Source of the DNA: Ylistrum balloti
Taxonomy: Eukaryota
Direction: 5' to 3'
Assembly: GCF_031769215.1 (NCBI RefSeq)
Contig: NW_026782195.1
Location: 1,674,001 to 1,738,000, forward strand
Length of the DNA: 64,000 bases
Part shown: piece by piece, positions 25,447-39,689 of the stretch
Layout of the letters: the number at the start of each line of letters is the position of its first letter
Numbering within the stretch: the first letter of the stretch is position 1
Notes under the pieces: generated by a model
The model's input: the letters and a program-made list of their open reading frames with translations, nothing else
Databases searched by the model: none
What the model was told of the DNA's origin: nothing
Made by a program: the position numbers and the translations under genes

Positions 25447-28400
25447 TTTTACCACTGACAGGTATAACAACAATCGATGTGTTTACCTTTACCACTGACA
25501 GGTATAACAACAAGTTGATGTCTTTACCTTTATCACTGACAGGTATAACAACAAGTTGATGTCCTTACCTTTATCACTGACAGGTATAACAACAATCGAT
25601 GTGTTTACCTTTATCACTGACAGGTATAACAACAATCGATGTGTTTACCTTTACCACTGACAGGTATAACAAGTTTATGTCTTTACCTTTATCACTGACA
25701 GGTATAACAACAATCGATGTCCCTACCTTTATCACTGACAGGTATAACAACAATCAATGTCCCTACCTTTATCACTGACAGGTATAACAACAAGTGATGT
25801 CCTTACCTTTATCACTGACAGGTATAACAACAATCGACGTCCTTCCCTTTATCACTGACAGGTATAACAACAATCGATGTGTTTACCTTTATCAGGTATA
25901 ACAACAATCGATGTGTTTACCTTTACCACTGACAGGTATAACAACAAGTTTATGTCTTTACCTTTATCACTGACAGGTATAACAACAAGTTTATGTCTTT
26001 ACCTTTATCACTGACAGGTATAACAACAATCGATGTCCCTACCTTTATCACTGACAGGTATAACAACAATCAATGTCCCTACCTTTATCACTGACAGGTA
26101 TAACAACAATCAATGTCCCTACCTTTATCACTGACAGGTATAACAACAATCAATGTCCCTACCTTTATCACTGACAGGTATAACAACAATCAATGTCCCT
26201 ACCTTTATCACTGACAGGTATAACAACAATCAATGTCCCTACCTTTATCACTGACAGGTATAACAACAAGTTTATGTCTTTACCTTTATCACTGACAGGT
26301 ATAACAACAATCGATGTCCCTACCTTTATCACTGACAGGTATAACAACAATCAATGTCCCTACCTTTATCACTGACAGGTATAACAACAATCAATGTCCC
26401 TACCTTTATCACTGACAGGTATAACAACAAGTGATGTCCTTACCTTTATCACTGACAGGTATAACAACAATCGACGTCCTTCCCTTTATCACTGACAGGT
26501 ATAACAACAATCGATGTGTTTACCTTTATCAGGTATAACAACAATCGATGTGTTTACCTTTACCACTGACAGGTATAACAACAAGTTTATGTCTTTACCT
26601 TTATCATTGACAGGTATAACAACAAGTTTATGTCTTTACCTTTATCACTGACAGGTATAACAACAATCGATGTCCCTACCTTTATCACTGACAGGTATAA
26701 CAACAATCGATGTGTTTACCTTTATCACTGACAGGTATAACAACAAGCGATATCCCTACCTTTATCACTGACAGGTATAACAATAATCAATGTCCCTACC
26801 TTTATCCCTATTATAACAACAATAGATATGTTTACCTTTATCACTGACAGGTATAACAACAATCGATGTATTTACCTTTATCACTGACAGGTATAACAAC
26901 AAGTGATGTCTTTACCTTTATCACTGACCAACAATCGATGTGTTTACCTTTATCGCTGACAGGTATAACAACAATCGATGTGTTTACCTTTATTACTGAC
27001 CAACAATTGATGTGTTTACCTTTATCACTGACAGGTATAACAACAATCGATGTCCTTACCTTTATCACTGTCAGGTATAACAACAAGCGATGTCTTTAAC
27101 TTTATCACTGACAGGTTTAACAACAATCGATGTACTTACCTTTATCACTGTCAGGTATAACAACAAGCGATGTCTTTAACTTTATCACTGACAGGTTTAA
27201 CAACAATCGATGTACTTACCTTTATCACTGTCAGGTATAACAACAAGTTTATGTCTTTACCTTTATCACTGACAGGTATAACAACAAGCGATGTACTTGC
27301 CTTTATCACTGACAGGTCTAACAACAATCGATGTTTCACCTTTATCACGGACAGGTATAACAACAAGCGATGTACTTACCTTTATCACGGACAGGTATAA
27401 CAACAAGCGATGTCTTTACCTTTATCACTGACAGGTGTAACAACAATCGATGTCTTCACCTTTATCACTGACAGGTATAACAACAAGTTTATGTCTTTAC
27501 CTTTATCACTGACAGGTATAACAACAAGCGATGTACTTACCTTTATCACTGACAGGTATAACAACAAGCGATGTCCCTACCTTTATCACTGACTGGTATA
27601 ACAACAATCAATGTCCCTACCTTTATCACTGACAGGTATAACAACAAGCGATGTCCCTACCTTTATCACTGACAGGTATAACAACAATCGATGTTCTCAC
27701 CTTTATCACTGACAGGTATTACAACAATCAATGTCCCTACCTTTATCATCGACAGGTATAACAACAAGTGATGTCCTTACCTTTATCACTGACTGGTATA
27801 ACAACAATCGATGTCCCTACCTTTATCACTGACAGGTATAACAACAAGCGATGTCCCTACCTTTATCACTGACAGGTATAACAACAAGTGATGTCTTTAC
27901 CTTTATCACTGACAGGTATAACAACAAGTAATGTCCTTACCTTTATCACTGACAGGTATAACAACAATCAATGTCCCTACCTTTATAACTGACAGGTATA
28001 ACAACAATCAATGTCCCTACCTTTATCACCGACAGGTATAACAACAAGTGATGTCCTTACCTTTATCACTGACTGGTATAACAACAATCGATGTCCCTAC
28101 CTTTATCACTGACAGGTATAACAACAAGCGATGTCCCTACCTTTATCACTGACAGGTATAACAACAAGTGATGTCTTTACCTTTATCACTGACAGGTATA
28201 ACAACAAGTTTATGTCTTTACCTTTATCACTGACAGGTATAACAACAATCGATGTCCCTACCTTTATCACTGACAGGTATAACAACAATCAATGTCCCTA
28301 CCTTTATCACTGACAGGTATAACAACAATCAATGTCCCTACCTTTATCACTGACAGGTATAACAACAATCAATGTCCCTACCTTTATCACTGACAGGTAT

Positions 28401-30465
28401 AACAACAATCAATGTCCCTACCTTTATCACTGACAGGTATAACAACAATCAATGTCCCTACCTTTATCACTGACAGGTATAACAACAAGTTTATGTCTTT
28501 ACCTTTATCACTGACAGGTATAACAACAATCGATGTCCCTACCTTTATCACTGACAGGTATAACAACAATCAATGTCCCTACCTTTATCACTGACAGGTA
28601 TAACAACAATCAATGTCCCTACCTTTATCACTGACAGGTATAACAACAAGTGATGTCCTTACCTTTATCACTGACAGGTATAACAACAATCGACGTCCTT
28701 CCCTTTATCACTGACAGGTATAACAACAATCGATGTGTTTACCTTTATCAGGTATAACAACAATCGATGTGTTTACCTTTACCACTGACAGGTATAACAA
28801 CAAGTTTATGTCTTTACCTTTATCATTGACAGGTATAACAACAAGTTTATGTCTTTACCTTTATCACTGACAGGTATAACAACAATCGATGTCCCTACCT
28901 TTATCACTGACAGGTATAACAACAATCGATGTGTTTACCTTTATCACTGACAGGTATAACAACAAGCGATATCCCTACCTTTATCACTGACAGGTATAAC
29001 AATAATCAATGTCCCTACCTTTATCCCTATTATAACAACAATAGATATGTTTACCTTTATCACTGACAGGTATAACAACAATCGATGTATTTACCTTTAT
29101 CACTGACAGGTATAACAACAAGTGATGTCTTTACCTTTATCACTGACCAACAATCGATGTGTTTACCTTTATCGCTGACAGGTATAACAACAATCGATGT
29201 GTTTACCTTTATTACTGACCAACAATTGATGTGTTTACCTTTATCACTGACAGGTATAACAACAATCGATGTCCTTACCTTTATCACTGTCAGGTATAAC
29301 AACAAGCGATGTCTTTAACTTTATCACTGACAGGTTTAACAACAATCGATGTACTTACCTTTATCACTGTCAGGTATAACAACAAGCGATGTCTTTAACT
29401 TTATCACTGACAGGTTTAACAACAATCGATGTACTTACCTTTATCACTGTCAGGTATAACAACAAGTTTATGTCTTTACCTTTATCACTGACAGGTATAA
29501 CAACAAGCGATGTACTTGCCTTTATCACTGACAGGTCTAACAACAATCGATGTTTCACCTTTATCACGGACAGGTATAACAACAAGCGATGTACTTACCT
29601 TTATCACGGACAGGTATAACAACAAGCGATGTCTTTACCTTTATCACTGACAGGTGTAACAACAATCGATGTCTTCACCTTTATCACTGACAGGTATAAC
29701 AACAAGTTTATGTCTTTACCTTTATCACTGACAGGTATAACAACAAGCGATGTACTTACCTTTATCACTGACAGGTATAACAACAAGCGATGTCCCTACC
29801 TTTATCACTGACTGGTATAACAACAATCAATGTCCCTACCTTTATCACTGACAGGTATAACAACAAGCGATGTCCCTACCTTTATCACTGACAGGTATAA
29901 CAACAATCGATGTTCTCACCTTTATCACTGACAGGTATTACAACAATCAATGTCCCTACCTTTATCACCGACAGGTATAACAACAAGTGATGTCCTTACC
30001 TTTATCACTGACTGGTATAACAACAATCGATGTCCCTACCTTTATCACTGACAGGTATAACAACAAGCGATGTCCCTACCTTTATCACTGACAGGTATAA
30101 CAACAAGTGATGTCTTTACCTTTATCACTGACAGGTATAACAACAAGTAATGTCCTTACCTTTATCACTGACAGGTATAACAACAATCAATGTCCCTACC
30201 TTTATAACTGACAGGTATAACAACAATCAATGTCCCTACCTTTATCACCGACAGGTATAACAACAAGTGATGTCCTTACCTTTATCACTGACTGGTATAA
30301 CAACAATCGATGTCCCTACCTTTATCACTGACAGGTATAACAACAAGCGATGTCCCTACCTTTATCACTGACAGGTATAACAACAAGTGATGTCTTTACC
30401 TTTATCACTGACAGGTATAACAACAAGTGATGTCCTTACCTTTATAACTGACAGGTATAACAACG
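25447..30465 (-). repeat. ~40-bp minisatellite (~125 copies) made of gene B exon-1 end plus its splice donor
   Basis: Minus-strand unit ATTGTTGTTATACCTGTCAGTGATAAAG|GTAAGGACATCG. The first copy is the real exon end ATC GTT GTT ATA CCT GTC AGT TAT AAA G|GTAAGG. Confidence 0.97.
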
Positions 30466-30797
30466 ATTGGTGTTTTGTCCTTACACGGAGCACCTGCTAA
30501 TACATCGACGGAAGTGACGTTTTTGGCGTAAACTTTCCTGCCCCTCATCTCTTTATACACAACGAGGGGTTTATGTATATCGTTAGCGCCCTCCAAACTA
30601 GCCAATAACCGGTTCTCTTGCCAAACCTTGACCACTGTTGGCAGACTGTTCTCGTCTAGAATATCCTTCATGGTCTGAGGCTGGTCACTCCAGACGATCG
30701 GGAGGTTGCCGGACATGGCTCCCTGGAGCACGGACTCCGGGTCCATGGCTGTGTCCGTGGAATGTGGCGAAGAGGACTGTGGTAGGGATGTCAACAT
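30440..30797 (-). CDS. CABIT-domain protein B, coding exon 1
   Basis: MLTS...(alternative start gccATGG at 30746)...IVWSDQPQTMKDILDENSLPTVVKV...PIVVIPVSYKG. Donor AAG|GTAAGG at 30440/30439, phase 1, the same position as in genes A and C. Confidence 0.87.
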
Positions 30798-33700
30798 AGT
30801 GTTAGTATCAGCTGTCTATCCTCAGATACACACCAATAACGTGTCAGATCAATATCCCGGTACACTGTGAATCATACAGCCCAACCGTTCATTCATGTTA
30901 CCACAACTAGTTCCTTCCCGGCCTATTTATATTTAAAGAGCAATTTTTCAATAGTCTAGTCTCATATTTGGCATGTTGTTTCCATGTATGTGTTCGTCAC
31001 GATGATACCGCGCGGTGGCTGTACGTTGATTCTATAACACTCGCATGGAGTAAGTCAGAGCCAACGTAAAGGTCTTTTGAAATCCTCCGAAATTCTTCCC
31101 TTATATTGCCCTCGTTTGAATATTCAGATCCGAGACCTTTAAAACTTATAACAGCATTGATCACATGAGACGCTATGCAATGTAAATATACATGACGATC
31201 ACGGGTGAGAAAGTGTTCTTAAGTTACCTCGGTCTATAGAACACACGAAAACGCTATAGCAGTTCATATAATATGATCAATAACCGCGCAGGAAGCCAGT
31301 AGGAATACGCCACTACGGGTGTATTAAGTGTGTAGTAAAACCTAATTTGATATCCGTACAACGTTCGAGGCTGGAACAGTAAGCGAGAATTCTACAAAAA
31401 TTACAAAGTATTCCCCAGAGCGTGCCACGACTTCAGATTGTCTTAATGTGACGTTCAACACCAATCTCAATCCAGCTTCAATGTAGAAGGACGATGTGAC
31501 ACTTTTTGAAGTGAATGTAATATTCTGTAATTTGTCTCGGGTTACCCTTTCAGTGATTCGCGCCGAGTACGTTACGATTGTGTAGATATATACATAATCC
31601 CGCTTCCGTTTAACCAAGTCGTTGCCTTTTTAATATCAGTTTTTTTCTTTCTCCACAGAATAATGTACAGCTTCCATCAACTAACGATACACTAATTCCT
31701 TTTTACACTTCGGTTTACTCAGCACATCTCACTAATGGAATGTTACCATATTTAGTTATTTAACACACATTAAAAACATCGAGGCTTTTAAACATCTAGT
31801 AAAGTTACATCAGCTCAAAATTTATCATACTCCAGTATCGATTCGTCAAAGTAGGCTTTTACACAAGTTAAAACTGCGCCCGGTGTCCCGTAAACTGTTT
31901 TCAATCTACCCATTAAAACATCTGTATAAATCCAGGGTTATATATTAACCGACGTGACTATAACCTCATGAACATAATTGCAGTTCCGTCTATCCTAATC
32001 CTTAAAACGTTTCAATGTGTCAGGAGTAATTACACGCTTGGAATGATAGAAACCTACGCATGCCACGCCACCTACCGGTAATTTCTCACGACAGTTGTAC
32101 CCTCGTCCCTTGGGTGTGACAGTAGGGTAGCTTCCGCTATTTGACTACATATGTTGGTCGTGTTGTGACGTCACGGACCCTGCCTAGGGGGCCTACGTCG
32201 AGTCGTTAAAATGAAGTGATAAGATGTATACTTGACCTTTTCAACTTAATTGTGATGGAATGTCCGATTCCGTATCGTCGTGGTCAATTTCATCTGTCAA
32301 TCTAGATGTTGTGGCCTATTTTGCACTCGGTACAGTAAGGTACCCGATCATTGAACCCAAAATTCCGACATCGAACTTTGACGTCTAGACTTTATTTCTA
32401 AGTAGGAAGGTCATGTATAGAATAACATTTAATCCGATGTTTCGTGGCGTGTCGATGATAATAGGTATATAATTATGTAAGGACCCCCAAATTCGTTCCA
32501 GAGGACACAATGGATATCGTGAAACACACGGACAGCTTTACCAGATTTCAGCTGGATTTGATTTGATTTAATACCATCGCAGTGCAGGGAATACTAATAT
32601 GTTAAAATCCTCCCACAACACAGCTCCATAAACACATTCTCCAAATTGCTTTGTTACCGCTTTGCTAGTATTGTTCACTCGGATCTAATTTATTTTAGTT
32701 TTCTTTTCCCAAACACTGGTTGAGATGAAATATAGTTTGTATTTTTTAAGAAAGCATATACTTCATTATATATAAAAATCCATGTTGTTGGCGCGGCCTG
32801 TGAATCTTTGAGTATGGAAGCTTCAGATATTTTCAGATACTATTGTCACAGCAAGTGATCGAGTGTCCAAGGTCAGTGATAATTCACTTCTACCTCGAGT
32901 GTTGAAACTGCTGTTGATGTCGTCTATTTTAACCTTTTAACCGGTTACTTTAGTAAGGGTGTGTTGTAAAGTGCTGATAAACGATAACGTTAGAGGCAGT
33001 AAAACCGTATTTGTCTAACTGATATGTAAACACCGAAACTACCCGAGCAGTTACTGTGTGTCCTGTTTGTTCTATTTGTTACAAAAGTACCGAGATAAGA
33101 TTTTGCAGCCATTGTATTCAATATATGTTTACTACAACAGCGCGTCTAAATCATTTAACGTTATCCAACCATTCGTGATCTGTCCATACTTGATGTCTCC
33201 ATGTTACGATTGTACTCAGATAAATCTATATTCTTTGTCGCCATCTTTCTTGGAACTATCGGTACGTGGCGTGACCACCCAGAACCTCGGTGTCTCGGTG
33301 GCACTCTGATCTGTCAATTTTTGTTGTCTCATTCTCCGCCAATGTTTGACGTTTACACGGGGGATATTTTTCGATGGCGTCTTGTAATCTTCAATGTACC
33401 ATGGCGATTTCATTGATGCGAACACCATCAGGTCGGGTTTTCAAAACATTTAAGTATTTTACATATACCTTACTATTGAAAAGAATTAATACCATGTCTC
33501 TAAGCTCATTTTAAAATCCACAATATTTGGTGCAATCTGATAAGGATTTTTCCTCCTTCCGCGTGAAACAGACCCAAACCCACACGTACATATTGCTGGG
33601 TCAATACACATATAGAGTATATGGTCCAAAAGAGCGAAATTGCTGTTCCTTCGTCAGAGGTCCTGTTTTACCCACAATTGTAAAGGCAGGTCAATTATTC

Positions 33701-34712
33701 TTTTGTAAATCTACTATTGAAGGAAACTGTATAAAAATTGTCATCACGGTTTAAACCAAAAACCGGGATAATGAAAATATAAGTTTAAATATTTCCTTTC
33801 TCCCATATTTCTAGAAAAAAAATAACGAAAATTGCTTTAGGTGTCGCAGTCGACAGTGTCTGATGATACCGTCCGTCGGCATGTTATAGGAGAAGTGGTC
33901 CCCGTGGTAACCAAATGAATGCAATCTGACAGTCAAAAGTGACAGAGAAGCTGTAAAACCAAACTTCTTCCTGATTAGCAGGTGTTAGTGATGTCTGACT
34001 GTAAAGGAATATACGTTACCCTGTCCTGTAATGTAGAAGAGTTTGAGTTATGTCATTTTTCCCGACGTCCTTCATTTGACTACGACCTTGAAGAAGGTCT
34101 AAGTTTATGCTAAAATGCAGCGTGTCGATCACTCTCTTATTCTTGTTGTTTCGTATGATTTCTTTCTATTTTTTTCAGATTTTGAAGACTAATGGCCAAG
34201 CCTTATCAGGAAATGAAATATCTCACAATAAAACACAGATGGACAGCACAACAAAAATGACATACGAACGAAATGAAATCAGAACTGTGTGGAAAGCTTC
34301 GTCAACTAGAGCCCTGCTGAGGAACGACTGTACAACAATAGGTACTAATTTTAAAGGCAGTTTTTATTGTATTACCACAAATTGCAGTCAACAGAAATGA
34401 GTCACGGGTCACGAGAATTTTTACACGTTTCTAAAGCCTCTATCACATAATATCGTAGTGGCATCTAATGAGACTGTCTGTAAACCCAGCTCTTTTGAAA
34501 TTCCGAGCTCGTTCATCAAGCGGGTACTACTAAGGTCTTGCTGATGTGGAGATGCACTGCTGTGTGATTTGTAACAGTTTTTATTACGTTAGGCCACGGT
34601 AAAACGAACTGCGGTTCATTTCAACATTATGGTGTAATGACCCCCGCCCCATCCATTGTGTAGCGAAGCCAATTTATATTTTGTTTTCAATTGCTGTTTC
34701 TTCATTAAATTT

Positions 34713-35045
34713 CTATCACTTTGCTTAATTATGTTTCTCAATACATAACAAAACACAAAAGATAACAAGGGTGAGGAAATTTAAGGTGGGACAGGGCGCT
34801 TCACTTCATCATTGAACCCCGCTGCCCCATCCTAAATTTCCCCACCCCAGACATACGTTTTGTTGTTCATGTGTTTAACTGGATGAATGGGGATAATCGG
34901 AGAAGAAATTGGTGAGAAAAAGTTAATTAGTGAGAAAATAGTAAAATGCTTCACTTTACCATGGCCCTGTCCCATCCTTAATTTCCCTACACTTGTTATT
35001 TATGTATTATTATGTATTGAGGAAGATAATTTAGTAAAGTGATAG
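34713..35045. mobile_element. Foldback / MITE-like inverted repeat
   Basis: Arm 34713-34797 (ctatcactttgcttaattatg...gtgggacagggc) is the imperfect reverse complement of 34964-35045 (gccctgtcccatcc...agtaaagtgatag). A third partial arm lies at ~34820-34848. Confidence 0.65.
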
Positions 35046-35899
35046 GTGACTTCACTTTACCGTGGGTGGGTGGGGGCGGGGTCCATTCCACCATGCTTCA
35101 CAATATAAAGCCACACTTGGATCACGCGAACCGAGCTGTACATTTGAACGTTAATTTTAGTGACGTCGTGTATTTTTTCCGATGGCTTGGTGCTGGATAA
35201 AAATTTGAAGAGTTGTTTTGGAAATATATACAAACCATTAACAAAGAATTCCTGACCATCTGTCGAGCCACATCAAATTATAATATTGAGGACACATTTT
35301 AAAATATTGTCGTCAAAGTTCTATAGTTGTAGGATTAAACTGCTCTCTACTTCCAGCATTTGTTTAAAGATTTGTAATAGATTCCATTTATCGGGAGAAT
35401 GTACATGTATCAATACGTTTTGTGGATATTTTAAAGTGAAACATCTTTTATGGATGGATAAACACATCGATAATTTTTTATCAGTCCAAATCATGGAAGG
35501 TTTTCTTTTCGCGAGATGATGAATTACCGGCACGGAACTGCCGACGTCCGTTCATGTAAAGCCATGCTGTAGACATTGTTATGAAAAATAAACCATGTTA
35601 GGAGAAATGAGTATAAATGTTTAATATATATTTACACATGACAAATGTATAAAGAGCTAAAAGCATCGACACATGGTACAGCACCAGACAATTTTAATAT
35701 CATATTGTTACAGAAAATATGACCGTTGGACTGATCAGTTAACAAGGTAATTTGTAACAAAGCTTCCTATTGTGATGGCGACGTTCTCCACTTCCTCTGA
35801 GATGTAACAACTAATACACGATATATGGCCGAATTATCGTCCTCCACCTCTCCACCAACAATCATTCGTGGAGGAAGTCACCAAACTCAATTAACTGCT

Positions 35900-38400
35900 C
35901 TCTCGTTTTAGATGTGACTGAAAACAGAAGCCTTGATGTTTCTTATGGAGATCTCGGTTATCTTAATAACGAGGTAATACAAATTCGAAACCAACCAGAA
36001 TTATCGATAGTTCAGCACTGGAAAATGTATATTAATTTCTAATTGACATATCAAAACATTTCTGGAGAAAGGGGAGGTAACATTGTTAGATTAAGTTCAT
36101 GGGTAGAGGGAGAAGAAGAGATTAAAACCAGTTTCTGTTGAGAATATATTGCTGAGAGAGATTCAAGCTCTTTTCATTTTCTTTGTATTCTGGGATTTGT
36201 ATTTGCATCCAAAAGTGATTATGGACTTAATGATTAGATAAGTACGAGAGCTTTTCATGAAGGGTCCTAAACATCGTGAAACCCCGTCCAATAATTGGAA
36301 TATGATATTCAAGATACTTGTAGATTCTATTGAAAACCATGCCATATAATGGTCGAAACGAGAACATGCCGCATTGTATTCACTTTCAGAGTGAGTTAAA
36401 TCCATTCAGTCCATCAGTCTCAATGGAATTTCCAGCATCCAAAAGAAAAAACAAAACACAGGTCAGCTTTCCTCGATATTGATATTAAATCAACTCTTCA
36501 AGATTTACATGACGGATATGTTAAAGTGCCTGCAGATAAGGCATCCTATAACTTTTATGCAAACATTATTACATTCTATGTATACAAGAAGAATTGGGTT
36601 TGCTTGATAACGAAGGAAACCCCAACTATACATTATGCAATCTTTCCAAAGAAGAAATACTATCTAATCATGCTTCGGTATTACAATCGTATAGATTGTC
36701 ATTTAATGATAAGGATACGGACCTGCCCCGTTTATATTTAATTCCTAAACTTCACAAAACTCCATATAAACAACATTTTATAAGTGGCCCGTCTAGCTGT
36801 TTAACCTTTGTCAAAACTACTAACCACCATTCTTAGTACTGTCAAATCTGGGGTATAGTCTTATTGTGATACTGACGTGAAATTTAAACAACTCTAAAGA
36901 GCTTGTGACCAATTTTCAAAATCATCTTCCAAACAAATCTGTTAAAAAGATTATTTGGTTCTTCCACTCTGCACTCCACCATTCCCCATTCTAAGCTGAA
37001 CGAACGCCTTAATTCTCTTGTTACGAGTGTTTTCTTTTCCAAGAAAGGTGAACGGCGGTTTAAGTATTTCTTTCACTTTCCTTAGTTATTTGTAACTTTT
37101 GAAAACTAACGAACACGAATTAAAGAAATTCAATATACACCAACCGTTCTTTGTGTGATTTTACCCATTTCAGCTGAACATGAAAGATGTCCGTTCACAA
37201 CGTTTGAAAAATATGTGTATTGCCTCTGTACCTAGAAATCTCAGCTTCACCATAAACACCACATGGTTTGATATTCTGTCGTCTGTGTAAAAACCTTCGT
37301 GATGATGTGATAATGGCCAAACTCTGACCCACTGGAGACATAAACACAATGAGGAAGTCTCGTGTCTAACCATCTCCTCTATTGATTCCTGTCCCGTGGA
37401 GATTATAAAGACGGAGACATCCCTGTAGAAACAAAGTTGTAACATATAACATACCACACACACGCAGGTTATGTGACCGGTGACAGAATTGGTCGGGATG
37501 AGAATTACCTGTACGTTTATCTTTAAAGAAAATTATAATAATCCATTCTACCTATTTGTGTCACGATAATTGTGATCAATTATCTCCATAAAGGCACAAC
37601 ATTGAAATCCTATATTCCTTTGATTTATCATTATCATTTGACAACTTTATCTAGTGTTGTCAGCATGAACTTCACACAGTGCAGTCTTTACCCAACACAT
37701 TTACCTTAAGGCAGATACGATCGTGATTATTATTGTATTATTTTGCCAACAGAAATTAATATAATCTAATGCCTTCCCTGATTATCATACTTAGCTTTAT
37801 GATATGCTAGTTTTACAAGGAATGAACCATTTATATTCGCTGTTACCTGTGATACATATATTCTATCTTATCGCCTATCAGGTGTTGTTTCTACCTGTCA
37901 TTAAGTCCAGTAGGACACAATTTCCACAAACTCTTCTGTCCTTGTTTTTTTTTCTTTCGAGTTACTCAGGCTCCTGTTAGTGTTGTCCTAAAGTCCACGA
38001 CGCCATGTGTGTCCTCCATTTCTCGTTTGTCTTAAATGCCCCCTTGTTGAGTCTACCAAGTATATACCCAACACCGTCTTAAGGTCTCAGCAATAGTAGG
38101 TGAACAGATACATGTTTGTATTCACACTGATGAGAGTGTATTTAAGAATATGTTACGGTTGTTACCTAGTCGACAGGTCAAACTGGACTGTATATTTCGG
38201 GATTATCGCAAGGTTTCTCTCCCAGTTCATTCGGACTTCAAACACTCTTCACCTGCAAGACAACTGTGTTTTTCTGAACGACCACCGTGTTGCGGTCAGT
38301 TTTTTCTGTCTGTTGCAGACACTATCCAAATTCGAGAAGGCGTCTACTCCGTGGAATGGTTAGCCAACTTTCTAGAACATACTGTTACTGTCGGGGTCTA
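35900..38400 (+). mobile_element. Decayed Penelope-like retroelement (RT region)
   Basis: Frameshifted fragments in the expected order: RELFMKGPKHRE (36244), VPADKAS (36526), NPNYTLCNLSKEEILSNH...DLPRLYLIPKLHKTPYKQ (36594-36770), STLHSTIPHSKLNERL (~36964), and a weaker FLSQFIR block (~38210). Boundaries approximate; the 3' extent is less certain. Confidence 0.78.
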
Positions 38401-39689
38401 AGGTATCATATATATATATATATGGTAGGTAAGAGAGAAGATTTCACTGGCCAGGTGCATCAGACTGAATACTTACCAGGGACAGGTAACTGTGCCAAGC
38501 TTAAGTCTATAACGATAAATGTCTGTATATGGTGCGTTAGTCCAGCATTGTGTATATTATGTATCAGCTTTAACGAGCCCATTAAAGCCGTATATAGCAT
38601 TAACAGCTCTGTAGGAGACAGATTAGTACCAGTTAACATGGAACCAAAATGTGATAACCTGTACCCCATAACTTACTGAGTTTACGTAGCCTGTAACTAG
38701 TGTAATGTAACACGCCATTGGTCTGATGGTACATCAAATCAATTTCCCGAACAGGAGAGAGCGCCAGAATCCCAACACAGCAAAACAGATTGCCTGTTTA
38801 CACTGACTCTCAAGGTCTCTTATTGTTTCATATGCATCTCCGAGAGAAAAGATTTAATCCTGAAATGTGTTGACGTTACAATAAACCCAATAAAACTGGC
38901 CACTTCTACTACTTAAAAATATGTCTACACACACATAGCTGTGTATAAGAGTAATTACACAAAAATGCTGATAATTTGACATATTTTCGAGTCAGACGTA
39001 TCCATTGATTCCAAAACCAGGGAAAGCTATATATATATATAGGATAATTAAGCCAAAAATAACGAGATCAAAGGTAATCGTAATAACTAAACTAACCGGA
39101 TATAATGTGTAATAGGTAAAAACCCAGGTATGGTCTAATATAGTGAGATGAACCTGAGCTAAGTTATATACTCTATATACATAATTTACCGCATTCCTCC
39201 TGATGAAGAATATAGCCCTCCTAAAAAGCAAGCTATAATAAGTTTTGACATTTATGATCGATTTTGTCAAGAAATCGGATTTAATCAATCCTATCTGACA
39301 ATCAGATAGCGTAACATATATCGATTGTTTATACTAGAGCTACCCAAAACATTTTACTGTCGTAACCCATTTTAGTAACAAGAACGGATTTCTTAATATA
39401 CATTTGGGTATAAGTTAGCGACTTCCTATAGCTTAGATTTGACTTCATTTTGCTTTCTGTATTTAAAATAAAATTCAATAACAACTCCACAGGATTTTTA
39501 GGACTTTTAGTAGGCATCTAACAAAACTATTTATAGTCGATAGGACGAGAAATTAACAGAACCCAAAGTGCTGTATCATTTTAAAATGACGTGTTCAAAA
39601 AGGGATTCCCAAAGTCTAAAAATAAGTTTGACATAATTATGATACGTCATCAAATCACCGAAACGTGTTACCTGATCGAGGACATTAAC

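Noticed and set aside
26168-29811. Many 60-80 aa ORFs on both strands (MLLYLSVIKV..., MSLPLSLTG...)
   Set aside because: By-products of the 40-bp repeat. The similarity to VVIPVS.KG comes from the unit being a copy of the exon end.
25447-30465. CRISPR-like regular repeats (also 9235-10548, 47935-50520, 52745-54310, 56245-58230)
   Set aside because: These are head-to-tail units with no unique spacers, no cas genes, in intron-containing eukaryotic DNA.
33216-33428. 70-aa minus-strand ORF upstream of gene B (MVFASMKSPW...)
   Set aside because: No recognisable homology and no convincing splice sites linking it to gene B.
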